From positions 2,592,802 through 2,656,801 of the forward strand of contig NMRA01000002.1 in NCBI GenBank assembly GCA_002633005.1: a stretch of 64,000 bases of DNA, read 5' to 3'. The translations under genes and the position numbers were made by a program. The stretch comes from Phoronis australis. Taxonomy: Eukaryota; Animalia; Phoronida. Shown here in pieces: positions 46,301-58,531 of the stretch. The stretch's first letter is position 1; each line of letters begins with the position of its first letter. Below the pieces are notes generated by a model that worked only from the letters and a program-made list of their open reading frames with translations, made no database searches and had not been told where the DNA came from.

Positions 46301-48679
46301 CATATGCTTTAACTTTATTTGTTTTTGAAGTGAGTGTCTCCATTTCTTCCTTATCTTTGATGTCTTTATCTTGAATCAGTTTCTTTTCCTTTTTAACATT
46401 CGGTTGAGGAGTTACCTTTCCGCTTGGCATCTGCTCGTTTCTCGAGTCAAAATCTTGTTTCCCCTTAGGCTTCTGATAAGTACCTTCGAACCTCTTTATA
46501 GGTTTTCCTTGGTCATCAGTCGGCAAGCTCTTTTCTAAGTTACGAATTGCCTGTCTTATACTTTTTCTTCTTTCAAATTCCAAATGAGGTTTTGCAACTT
46601 CTCTCTCCTTCTCAAGTTTTTCCTTCCAAGAAAATTGTATACTTGAATGTGTGTCCAAACCAGGGCCAAGCCCATAAGTCATCCAACTAGGAATATTGAA
46701 TCCTGACTTTCTTCCACTTTTGGAGAGCTGGGGAATTTTACTGGTACTTGTCCTGCGACTTGTTGGGTACAAAAAGTAGTTGCTGCTATCATCTCGGGTA
46801 CGCGGAGGGGCAAGCTGAATCATAAGCGTGTCCCTTTCGTCTTTACCCTGTTGAAATGTTGTAGTAGGATATTGTTGTGCATTTGACACTGAGCAGTAAA
46901 GGTCGTCGGGCGATCGTCGCTCAAAAGAATAGATACTTTCAAGATCTAACCTAGATCGAGGCACCAAATTACCCGAGGAATGTGTTCTGAAAATGTCCCT
47001 TATGTGTTCTGCTCCTGCTACTGTAGGACGTATGCCTTGTCCTGACTGCACATCCTCCTTACGTCTGCTCAACGGATGCCTTTCCAATTCTAAGCGAACG
47101 TTGGATGGCACTTTGGTACTATTTCGAAGCATTGCAAGGTATTCCTCTTTTTCGGCAAGATCAGGTGGAAGCTGTCCACGGAGAAATGGACTTTTTTGTA
47201 GAAGTCTCTCATTTAAAAGCATTCCAATGTCAAATTCCCTTTGATAAACATCTAGATTAGGAGAATAAGGGCGGTCTAAGGGTTTATTGGGGGACATTGG
47301 ACGAGCACCCGGACTAATGGTAGATGCTGCCATGTCAAATGGACATGTCAACCAGCCGTCCATCGTGGCTGGCTGGTTGGCTACTTCTTTGTATCGTTTT
47401 GGCACCGGTTTTTTAACATATTCCTTCTCGTGTCCCTTCTTCACTTTGGCTAATTTCGTCCGGCATTGCTCCAACTCAAAATGCGTATGGTCTCCTTCTA
47501 GTTCTCGAAATTTTCTTCGGCTTTCGGACATTTCCAAAATCTCCATGCGTTTATTAAATTCCTGCTCAGGCATTGGTTCTCCTCCGATTACCGTATTTTT
47601 GAGAGAATCAGCATCAATGTGAACCAAGTCCTTTACAGACACGGTTTTTTTCACCACGTCTTTTGACCCTATAGGTTTAAACACCTTGCTAGAAGACTTT
47701 TTGAGGATTGGCGAATCCTTTTTTGCCTCCTTCGAGTCTTTGGATCCTTTGCTGCCGCTTTTGCCAGGTTGAGCTACTGGCTGTTTCAAACCACTTTTTT
47801 GTCTGCTAGCCACTTTTTCTTTTGAGCGAGATGCTACTCTAAGGATTGATTTATTCTCAGAGGGCGATCCCGAAGACGTTCCTTTATGACCGCCAGATCG
47901 TGACTTTTTCGGACCTACCTTTACTTTAGAGGCATTTGACGATGGCTTTGAATTCTTTTTATCCGTAGAACTCCTAGTCTTCGAGGGACTCTTTTTCAGG
48001 GTAGAGCTCCTAGACTTCGAGGGACTCTCTGTGATCGTAGAACTCTTAGTCTTCGAGGGACTCTTTTTGACCGTAGAACTCTTAGACTTTGACTTACTCT
48101 TTTTCGCCGTAGGACTCTTTTTTACTTTTTTCTTGTCTTTTGTAGGACTTTTTTCTTTATCCTTCTTCGCCTTTTTCTTGTCTTTTGCCGAGTTGTTGAG
48201 AGAATACAATTTCCCATTTAAGCCAGGTGAGACGGGTGCCACTCTAAAGAAATGGCGATTCCGTTGGACAGTTTTACTATTCGATGCCTTATTGAGCTCT
48301 ATTTGACGGTGCGCGGGCGCTCCTTGTTGGAATATCAAGGGTTTAACTCTTCGTTCACTGCAATGTAAGTCTCCTGGTGACAGATTGCTGCATATTTGGT
48401 TCAAGATGATATCCATTCTGAATCTGCTGCTTTGAGGAATCAGACTTTTCATAGGTTCTACTCTGGGCCTGCTTTGAATGTCACGGCGAATGTTTTTTGG
48501 TTGTTTATTATTTGTTGCAACTGGATAAAGTGAATGCGATTTTGCAGTTTCGCTCACTTTCCTTAGACTGCACGTGTTCGTACACCGATGTTTCTCCCTA
48601 CTTATATACTCGGGGGGTGTTGTAGACATAATGCTGTTGGAAGGAGAGACCGACCTTGGTGCATCTCCGTGCTCACCCC
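43353..48679 (-). CDS. Giant exon (~5.3 kb, ~1775 codons): two Ser/Lys-rich tracts, each followed by a copy of a ~230-aa domain
   Basis: ORF 43266..48740; acceptor ttttattttcag|GG (phase 1); donor TAT|GTAAGT (phase 0). Internal duplication KKGHEKEY...PFDM...QREFDIGMLLN...LPPDL...HSSG. Confidence 0.85.
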
Positions 48680-48927
48680 CTGAAAATAAAATAATACTGT
48701 TTTGCAGTGTCTTAGAAATATCGGTATCATTAAGCAACATATGCCATTCGAAGTGGCTTTATGGAGTATGGCAGTTTAAACCCTTCGCATAGTGGTCATA
48801 TGTGCTTTATTCGGTGACCAACACTTTTGGTAGGATAGTTTTAGTATTTCATGTTCAATTTGTGTACTTTTTATTACGAAATAAACGCAAAAATTTAATT
48901 TTTGTGTGACGTCATCAGTGGATCCGG

Positions 48928-48990
48928 AGGCCCGTTCCAACAAAACTGACTTAGCTAAGACAAATCTTAAATTTTTAGTAAATTTTAAAG
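48928..48990. mobile_element. Truncated end of the 10684 MITE family
   Basis: ccgttccaacaaaactgacttagctaagaca is near-identical to 10691-10721. Confidence 0.6.
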
Positions 48991-49499
48991 GCACTATTTC
49001 CGCTTCAATTTTTTAAAATCTTTATGAAACGGATCTTCACGCAAACACTTTTATTCGAAACTTAATCCCAAATAATAGCCTTCGCCATGGCATCGAATTT
49101 TTTTATAATGAACTGAATTTAATACAGATTTTTTTTTGCTTAATTTTTCATGTTGTGTGGTGCACCAAGAAATAAATGGATGCCGGACGAAGTGTCAATC
49201 GAAGATTCGAGTGTCGAATATGAACTTGGAGTTTCGGTTAATCTCAAGATCGTATACAGGCCTACGTGAACTCGGAATACCCACTCAAATAAACACGTTC
49301 AAGCTACAATAATTAGTTAACGGGTGAAATAAGTGCTTTTGGAACCAATAATTACAGAAATTCGCTACATTGAACAAAATATTCACCAGATTTCTTTAAT
49401 GTGTATTTAATTAAGAGCTCACGCTTACGCGATCTTCAGATTAAGCAAAATTCAAGTTTACGCATACCAAGCAAGTAATGGCAGGCGTTCGGTATAAGA

Positions 49500-52400
49500 T
49501 AGGTTGTTATCCGTTGAAAAGGCTTGGTAATCGTCCTCAAGTTGACTATTACCGCCGTAAAGTTTGAAATGAAGATCAGTTTGGGTGCTGGACTTATCTG
49601 CTATCCCAGATGGCTGTTACACGGTCTCAGTAAGGAAAGATTTTGCTCGACAGGTAAGTCGTCAACGGATGTCCGAGGCGCACTTGTTACAGCAATGCTA
49701 ACCATAAAGTTTTCAGAATGTTATGGTAGATTTATTTTACTGCCAAACAGTACATAATAGAGCACACCGACATTACAATATCCCTGTAGTAAAATTCTTG
49801 GTGTCTTTGACTGAGTATTTTATGCGTTATTTTACTGTTTTAGTTGTTTAACCCTCGGGCTCGGTTTCGTCCACTTGTGTCGTGGATTAATTTGAGCAAA
49901 CAAAGAAGCCACATTTACAAGTGTTTCTCATGTAAAAGTAAGGGGACTCAAGGTAAGGGCTGTTGAAACCAATTAAGATTTGTTATGTCATTGTGTGATC
50001 TAAGGCATAACAGCTAGTCCTGATACTCTAGCAGCCCTACACAACTGACTAGTCTTGTGGTTGTTTATGTTGACTCACAGTCCAGGCATCCAACCTGTCT
50101 ACTTTTGATACTTTCTGCAAGGCTAACTGTGTAGTCTTGTCGTTGTATACAGGACATGCTGATAGTCAATACACCCTGCCAGTGGTAGTCTGGATATTCC
50201 CAAATTGGTGGTTTGTATTAATGTTATTTGGTGTTCTTCAGGGCGTTGCAGCAGTCATGACAGACAAGCATGAGTGGACTGCTCCACTGACAACTACCAG
50301 CACTTTCAACTTGCATAACAGTGAGGGTGTTACTAGAAGGTGCTGATGAAGACAAATGAATTGAGAAGGGGTCATCTCACCATAATGCATTCAAAAGAAC
50401 CCAACATTGCTGAAGAATGCTTCTCTATCAACAGCAGGTACCTATTCTAGCTTTGGATAATGGCACATTATAGCATTCTGCAATGTTAACAGCAACAGAA
50501 AATGTATTGTTTTTACCAAGGTATCAGCAGCCAATTGCCATCTCACGTTAACATCGATTTGATTTTATGTTGTAGAACAAGAGATGTGTTTGGAATTTTC
50601 AACCTGCTGATTCTTATGTTCTCTGGCAAGCGTTTTGCTACTCTCAAGGCCTTGTGTACCGGCTTACCAGAATTCTGCTAGCTATCAAGGATCACAGCAG
50701 GCCATTCCTGGAAGATGAAGCTGGCAATGCAAGGTAATTAATATACATGTAACTGCGCCAAACATGCATTTTGGCTACTGGTGTAGACTCGACTCAGTAT
50801 TCAACAGGGATTTAAAGCTAAATTGTAAGTGGCCATTAGCGGGGTAGTGCTAAAATGTGTGATAATTTAGGACTCTGCTAGAAACAAAGGGGCAAACACA
50901 AAATTGAGATGAAAAGACGTGGGAAGGCCTTTTTTGCAATGAACAAGCCATGCCACGTCCTGTTATGTCCCCAAGGTTACATCAGTGCAGATTATGACAA
51001 AAAGACCACTGCAATGCTTACAAGAAAGTTGAATTTGGTTGTTCCTTGAATGGGAGATGATTTAAATAACCAAAAATTGTGACATATGAATTAAAAATGT
51101 CCGAGTGTGCTCCACATGTCCTGTGTGGGTGTGCATTGTGTGTTTATTTTCGTCCATGCAATGTTTCCTTGTGCATACCTATGTCGCATGATATCTCAAG
51201 AACAGTGCTGTAGTGGGGTGTAGGCGCATGTAGGCGCAGCCAACCACCTTTTGGCATTTGAAGGTAGCGCTTACGCACCGTACAGTGCTCAAGGTGATAC
51301 GGTGGGCTTTTGGCACTTACTTACCACAAATTTTACCACTTCAGCACTGCTCAAGAAGGAAGTTTTGTTTGTATTTTGTGCTGAAGTTTAGATGACAGCC
51401 TTGACTTTGCATTCACGGTCACATTTAGAAAATCAAGATTTTACTTGGAAAACATTTGCCCATGCAATTTTGTGTATTTACACAAAGGTGTAGGTGGCCT
51501 ATCTCCAGGTGTTATTCACATTGTGAAGGTCACAATTTGCAATTACATAGCCCTGAATGCTGCATCTAACCCAGCAACCAACCAAGGGGTTACGTGTTGC
51601 CTAAGGTCATTGTAGCGTTTTCATTTCATTGACGTAATGGACATGAAAATACATCAGTTATGTTTGTGTTCACAAAGGTTGAGAGAGGCTTTCATTAAGA
51701 TTGGTTTCAAAATCATTACCATTTAAAATTATGAAACCCTTGAAAACTATCACATCCTGATAGGCATAGCAGTGACACAGCTTTGAACATTGGGTGGCCT
51801 TCGGTCCTGGGCGGCAGCCCCAGGTGCAGGCCTTCATCTAGGTGGCATCTAGGGTGCCCAACTACACAACCCGACATAACTTTAGACATATTAGGTAGGT
51901 TGCCCTATTTAGCTTTTGGACGCTGAAGTAAATTGTGCCATTTTTTAGCTAACAACAGCCCTGGAAGCTAACTGTCCTGGCCGAATAAGAAAGTTAAGAC
52001 ATGGTGTAAGATGGGATAGACTTTATTACAGACCACAGTAACATTCCACACCATAACAGCAATTTGACTTAAGGTCATAGAAATAGTCAAGAATCATTGG
52101 TCATGGATGCCTTCATTAATTAGAAAACTCATTTTGAACGCCCTATTCTTTAAATCGTGTATGAACCACTTGCTAAATGCTAATATGTGGTGGGGAAAAA
52201 TTCAGCCACCCTGTGACAAATGCTGTTATTTGTATTGTTTTCTCTTCTTGAAATGTATGAAACTCTAATCACTTAATTAACTATATGTAGTATATTTTTA
52301 TATTTTGAATAACGAAAACATGTTATCCAGTGTTTGAAACAACTTCGAAAAAGAACTGAACACTGAAAGAGGTGCATAATGTACTAATTTTTTGTAGAGC

Positions 52401-55260
52401 TTCATATGTTTCACACTCTTCATGTTTCAGGGTAAATCAATGCTGCTGCATTCATTTTCGTGTCTGGCAATGACATTGAAACAATTGTTATTCTTTCTAG
52501 GGGAGCAACTTATCTTCAACAAGAAGAGCAGGAGATGATTGTCCATTCCGGTGAAGGCTTCTAAGAGCTATAATGAGTTGATGATTGTGAAAACCCGGTA
52601 AAAGACATGTCAGACATGCACTGCTTCCATGAACATAAAAGCAAAATGACTCCCGCTTGTTGTCTGACAACATTGCCGTCTTCGAATGATTGCCTTCAGT
52701 AGAAATCAATGCGTCAAAGAAGCTGCCTGACAGAGGTTATTTAAGATGATATGGCAACTGGGTGTTATTCAGTCATGTGCCCTAGTTTGTTGCAGTGGAT
52801 CATCTGGTACTACAGTTTGGTTTATAGTCATGATACATCCAGTTATGCAGAAGTTAACATGTTCAGTCAGGCCGTCGACCTTCAAACTCTGCCATGGGCA
52901 GTTTGTGTAGTGTCAATTTGGAAGCTGTCAAGACTTGTAATTTTCCTCTTTTAAGAGGATTTACTCTCTTTTGGTTTCGATTTCTTCTTTACATTATATT
53001 TCCAATTTCCTCTTTATGTCTCTTTTTGGATCATTATTTTGACTTCTGTACCAAAAATCTCTATCAAAGATCCTAGTATTAATTTGTGGAATGATACATC
53101 ACCTGTCATTGATCATTCCAAGCCCTGAACCTTAACTTTGTGCTAACAATTTCTTTATGGAGCGTTTGGTTTACAGAAACACTTTCTACATGGTAAGATA
53201 CAACTGGTAATACCAGTTTAACTTGTATTACCATTGGATAGTTTTCTTGATTCTTAACTATTTTCTCAGCTAAATGCGTAGTCAGTGGTTTGTCTTCAGG
53301 TGGGTCATAGAGAGGCGGATATTTGTATACAAGGGTCACCATAAAGCTTCTGTGTTACGTAAAATTATGTTTTTAGTGATGTTTTACTGCTTAGGCAATT
53401 CACATTCATATTAAAACCTGCATTTAGAAATCTTGAATTTGAGAGTGATGGTGTTGAACATTACAATATATATTTTGAATGGCTATGCTGTTGGGTTAGA
53501 GGTTATGCTTGTAAGTAAGGTGTGTTACATGAGTAGCAGATTACTCGCAATTGGTCATTGCAAAAGCTATGGAACCTTAAATCAGAAAATGTTGCAACTT
53601 CTGACCAGGAGACTATGTCTGTTGAAAGGATATCCTGTTTTGTTAATTTTGTCTAATCATCTTTCTGTCACCTGCTAATGCATCATTGGCGTTAATCAGG
53701 AAAGACAAAAGCAGGAATCAACTAAAAACTCTTACCCCTATCTCACAAATTAGACATTATGTTCCTTGGTTGTTGGCCTTTCCCACAGTTGCATGCAATT
53801 TGCTAAAAGCGCACGTCATGCTTTTACTGTTTAGCAGACTTTGAAAATTTTTTTGAAATTTTTCTCCAAGTTTTGAGGGTTTTCAATGGTTACAGAGCAT
53901 TAATTTGTTGCAGAGAACTAGGTGGGAAGTCGATTTTAGTATTTTACATTATTTTGAAAAGTTAATCCATTGCTGGTTTTTCGAAATTGGGGCCGTTGCC
54001 CAACATGACGGTAACTAATTTAAGAATGCTATAGGTTCTTGTTGCAAGTCAAAATCCAAATGGACTTTTTATACTAGACTAAGAAATAAAAAGTTCACCC
54101 TGACAGCTGTGCTTTCATCTCACAAAGTAACAATTGTGCACAAGCAGGTTTCAGTGCTCAGCTACAATTGTTGTGTAGCCTGTATGTCCCAATAAAGTCT
54201 GAATATTTTTGTCCAAACACAACTGTGCAACTCTGTCCACATGTCTCCGAAGATGTCCATGTTGTCCCAAGATAAAGTTTCTGTATGCCTGACGCATTCT
54301 GATCAGTCTGTGGCTTCAGTGTCATCACATTTCGTTGCAGCTTGTCTAAGGCAAGTACACCTTCTCCAGGCAAAACACTTGGAAATCCTGAAAGCATTGG
54401 TAAAATATATTATCGTGCGGTTTCGCATTACTGTAGATTTGATAATGAATTATATACAACAACAACTGGTTGATTGGGGTTGACATCCTATATTGGACAA
54501 TCAAAACGTATAGAATTATTTTCATTATTGCAGACTGAACTCACCAATACTTTGGTAAATTGACATTTGGTTTGTTTTGGGTGGGATTTGCTACTGAGAT
54601 TTGATTTGAGTTCTTGGCCAAAGATTTGTTTTTCTTCAAAAAGTGATTTGAATTGTGTGGCTGTATATCTGTTTAAACCTATTGAAGACTCACAACTAAA
54701 GTAGCTATAGGAGTCTTTGAGGTCCTGGTGACATTAATATGAATCACCTTCAAAATGAAAAGGGCAGACCAAAAAAGTACTAAACAATTTTGTAAAATGT
54801 TTCCCACTGATATATGTAGTCTGTAGTCAATACTAAAAACTTTGTAGTGATTAAATTTTTAGACAAAGGTTTAGTGAATACTTACAGGTAATAATGAAAC
54901 GCAGTTAGCAGATTGCTTCCCACAGCATACTTTTATTTCTGATTGGCATTTCTTGACACCTGTGACACGGGCACCATGATGGATCTTCTGATGGTGCTGG
55001 GTAATAATCCAGTGAAGTGACCTCAGGTAGCCTAAATTCTAGACGCGGGGGTTTTGCTTGGCGACATCCAACATTAGGTCACTCAATTCCTTCTTTTATT
55101 CATGCGACTGATTCGACCCTAAAGTGAGAGTAATTCAGTGACAACATTCAGAGTAATGAGAACATTTTTTTATAACTTTTGTTTGTATTGTTGTAGGATT
55201 TATTTGCCAACAAGTACAAAGACAACCACTGTATGACTATCAGATTGGAAATCATCTACT
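49500..55260 (+). ncRNA. Possible multi-exon plus-strand transcript without a long ORF, nested in an intron of the minus-strand gene
   Basis: Alternating plus-strand sites: CAG|GTAAGT 49653, gttttag| 49843, AAG|GTAAGG 49952, tatacag| ~50152, gttgtag| 50575, AAG|GTAATT 50733, tttctag| 52500, attgcag| 54533, gttgtag| ~55196. Boundaries approximate. Confidence 0.3.
51203..51349. mobile_element. hAT-type MITE (147 bp) with 8-bp TSD
   Basis: ctcaagaa|cagtgctgtagtgg ... ccacttcagcactg|ctcaagaa: 14-bp TIR with one mismatch and a perfect 8-bp duplication. Confidence 0.9.
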
Positions 55261-55287
55261 GGTTTAGGATTGGGTTTTGGATTAATT

Positions 55288-55624
55288 CATAGGCGGATTT
55301 AGGGAGGACAGGGGGCCTGGCCCGCCCCCCCCCCCGCCGCAAAAGAAGCAAAACGGCAAGAGCGCGAGGAAATATTGAGTCCACAAATTAATCTCGGTAC
55401 TTAACATGTGGCTGCGGGGGGGGCTCGGACCCGATCGTATCAGGGGACCTGCGTAAACGCCTTCTCATTTTTTTGTTTTTTTAGTCCACTGTTAGCTTTG
55501 TAGTACGAGGACCAGAAATCCGAGCAACCCAATTTTTCGGGCTGGGTTCTCGCATTTAATCGTAAACCACATTTGCCCAAGACAAAATGTTGCCCCCCCT
55601 TATGGTATCCTTGATCCGCCAATG
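55288..55624. mobile_element. Non-autonomous TIR element with 5-bp TSD (same family as 40929)
   Basis: taatt|cataggcggatttagg ... ccttgatccgccaatg|taatt. Confidence 0.75.
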
Positions 55625-56242
55625 TAATTTAGAGATGCAGCCATGGAATCGTTTCTACCCCATGCACTAGGTCCAGAGCTCTATAATTGCAAACCCATGC
55701 AGTCCCTGGGCCTGGAAATTGAACATCACAGTGTCACGCAGGAAACTTATTTTTCGTAAGCAACTGATACCGTGCACCTCCGAGTTGTACATAACCTCCC
55801 AGAAGAGGAAATGTTAACAACCAAGCTCGACGAAGTCATGAATCACTAAGACTGGACTGCAGGTTTAAAACTGAACACAACTCGCGAGGCTGTAGCTTGT
55901 ACACGGATACGTCGATTTCGAATGATTCGGGATAGCGACAGAAATAGTTGAGAGAACCGAGGCTCAGAATAAATTAATCTTGTTGTTTACGAGTAAGAAT
56001 CAAGCTGTGATTTCCAAATGTTTGTACATTCTGATTTCTTGTTTAGCTGGCAAGAAGTCCCAAAACACCTAACTCACCTCGACCGCTTGTGCTTAACATG
56101 TTTCTTTTCCGTCAGCTGATTCGTGTGCATTATGGGTAATCTCTCCACTGGCAAACCCGCATAAATAATAAGGTTTGGCTGAAGGTGCGCCCACTTTTTA
56201 TAAATTTAAAAAATTAATAGTAAAATAACGAGAGTATGTACA

Positions 56243-57171
56243 TGGCTGTAATTTACGAAAAGAGTTAATTTAATTTTAGTGATATCTTTCGATTGGGAAA
56301 GCTCAATTTGTGATCTAAGCAGGTGAAAGTAAAGGAAATAGTGACTTCAAGATAAAACTTCAATTTTCTCCAGACTGTTTCAAGAAAAAGATTTTTCAAG
56401 TTTGAATTAAGTTTTTGATAAAAGTTATCTTAATTTCAACTATTTTACGGGATGTGGAAGTTTCAAAATATGGACGTTAAGACAAATTTTAGACTTAAGT
56501 AAAAATGAACTTAGATTGTCGAAACGCATGCTATCCATAATATTCGTCAATACCCAATAGCAGAAAATGGGACGTGGATGCCACACAAATTATTTTGAGG
56601 CATGACCGAAGCTGGCGCTGAGGCTGGAGTCGGACACTGGACCGAAATAACCGACGAACAACAACGGTTCAAATCTTTCACAATTTTGGAACAGGCAAGA
56701 GAGAAATGAATATTATTTACCAAAAATAAAATCCAGTTAGCATCACTACAATTAGATATGATCGTTTCTCTTAAACGCACCCTTCATTTGAAGAAGTGAA
56801 ATCAGTGTCCGCTATTCGCGACCAGGCTTTGACCGGCCGTCAAAGTACAAACTTCGGTAAGATGTCCAGACCAATACACATATTATTCGAAACTGAAATT
56901 GTTAAAAATTTAAGTCCTGATTCAGTAAAAGTACTGTCCGCAGACTGAGTAGGCTCCGACTCGGCTTCAGTCGCCGAAGACGCCAGTGCGAGAGCAGGGC
57001 AGAGTTCGTATGGCTTCAAACATGAATGGATAGGTTTAACTCATTATCTGTTTCACCTGTGGCCTGAGTGTTGTCTTCACCCCCACTTCCATACCTGTCA
57101 AGCGCTCTATCTAAGTCTTAGTAACTTACAAAATCACTAGTATCCGCCATTGCTTATATATATATATATAT

Positions 57172-57214
<43 letters not shown>

Positions 57215-57441
57215 NTGGCTGTAATTTACGAAAAGAGTTAATTTAATTTTAGTGATATCTTTCGATTGGGAAAGCTCAATTTGTGATCTAAGCAGGTGAA
57301 AGTAAAGGAAATAGTGACTTTAAGATAAAACTTCAATTTTTCTCCAGACTGTTTCAAGAAAAAGATTTTTCAAGTTTGAATTAAGTTTTTGATAAAAGTT
57401 ATCTTAATTTCAACTATTTTACGGGATGCGGAAGTTTCAAA
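56243..57441. repeat. Near-identical ~225-bp direct duplication (56243-56467 and 57216-57441)
   Basis: tggctgtaatttacgaaaagag...ggaagtttcaaaa is repeated with about 3 differences; the second copy starts right after the N at 57215. Confidence 0.9.
57155..57214. repeat. (TA)n microsatellite ending at an N
   Basis: About 30 TA units with one interruption. Confidence 0.95.
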
Positions 57442-57615
57442 AAACGTTATTTTTTCATTAAAATTCAAAATTCCTCAATCATTTCCAAAAGTAAGCGCTT
57501 GTTTGGTTAGTTTAAAGGTAAGAAAATTATTACACGGTTGTATTAACGCTTTATTTTCATCAACCTAAATGGATCAGGTTACATTTCAAGATCTTTCAAC
57601 AAACGTAAAAATTAC

Positions 57616-57751
57616 CTTTGCTGACACCCATGTGGTCTTTCATAAACGCTTGGAAAGAATCTTTTAATTTCTGAACATCCTTTTCTACTAAGCCCGAAAC
57701 AGAAGACAAGGCCTTAGCCGTGAATCGATGTGTTACTTCGTCTGCTAGTTC
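57616..57751 (-). CDS. Small internal exon of the polycystin-1-like gene (ELADEVTHRF...MGVSK)
   Basis: Acceptor cttttcttttag|GAA (phase 0), 136 nt open, donor AAAG|GTAATT (phase 1). Supplies exactly the phase change needed for the acceptor at 48679. Confidence 0.65.
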
Positions 57752-57942
57752 CTAAAAGAAAAGGCAGCAACACACGTAGCATGCTATCTGAACTGTTGAA
57801 GTCAAACGTCATTTACATGTATACGAGACATTACAAAAAAACAGTACAGGTGGCCTGATGTCGCATGCGGTGCATCGGACGTGTCAGGCCTCATGGTTGG
57901 TCCCATTGCACATAACACCTGAGCTACAGCACGTGAGCCCCA

Positions 57943-58320
57943 TTATGGTTCATCGTGAAGGAAGTTTTCAAGGCTGTCAGTCTCCTTTAAGAAAACGGAC
58001 AGACATTTCCATTTGTTGCCATGCATTATATGTTGTAGGCATGTAACAGTGCCATCCAGTAGGTGGCTCCTTAGCCTATAAAAAGCTGGGCAAGACTCTA
58101 CCAGGTGTTTAGGGGATTCTACGTCAGTACCACACTCGGGACGCACTGGGCTCTCCATATGCCCAGTAATGTGTCTGCGTCGGGCTAGGTTACAGTGGCC
58201 CGTCAAAATTTTAATGACGTGTCTTATGCCCAATCTATCAGGCTCAGAAGGTATTTTGAATCTTTTGGTTTGATCACTTTGGGAAAATTCCCCTTGGTCT
58301 CTTTGTAGAAGTTAAGTCAT
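57943..58320 (-). mobile_element. LINE ORF2 3' remnant with degenerate CCHC-type zinc-knuckle region, intronic
   Basis: ILTGHCNL...ECGTDVESPKHLVESCPAFYRLR resembles the LTGH...CxxC..E...H....CP C-terminus of non-LTR retrotransposon ORF2. Confidence 0.75.
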
Positions 58321-58402
58321 GCCCACCGGGCTGCTGACATTGCAAACACGAAAGTTAATTCTGCGTCTGCTTAGATATCACGAATGTCATCCCCTAACGC
58401 AC

Positions 58403-58531
58403 CTTCTCGTTTTTCTGACTTAGAAGCATCACCACACGAGCAGCTGATTTGGTTCTGTCACTGATAACGTAACTGTCACGTGTCATTAAGTCTTTCATCA
58501 GTTTTTCGGCTAGTAGGTCCTCTATCGTGTG
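58403..58531 (-). CDS. Small internal exon of the polycystin-1-like gene (HTIEDLLAEK...QKNEK)
   Basis: Acceptor atttctgttaaag|CAC (phase 0), 43 open codons, donor AAG|GTGCGT (phase 0). Confidence 0.55.

Noticed and set aside
4230-48306. Plus-strand Pro/Leu/Phe-rich ORFs (4230, 14612, 20099, 25613, 35396, 44431, 48031)
   Set aside because: Antisense shadows of the purine-rich Gly/Lys codons on the minus strand.
2237-48679. Secreted adhesive, cement or biomineral proteins
   Set aside because: No signal peptide is visible, the exons begin at acceptors, and the inferred topology is cytoplasmic. Not fully excluded because first exons are uncertain.
52577-52672. C/D-box snoRNA (TGATGA...CTGA); a similar pair lies at ~50345-50413
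   Set aside because: No proper terminal stem or recognisable guide; such box pairs arise by chance.
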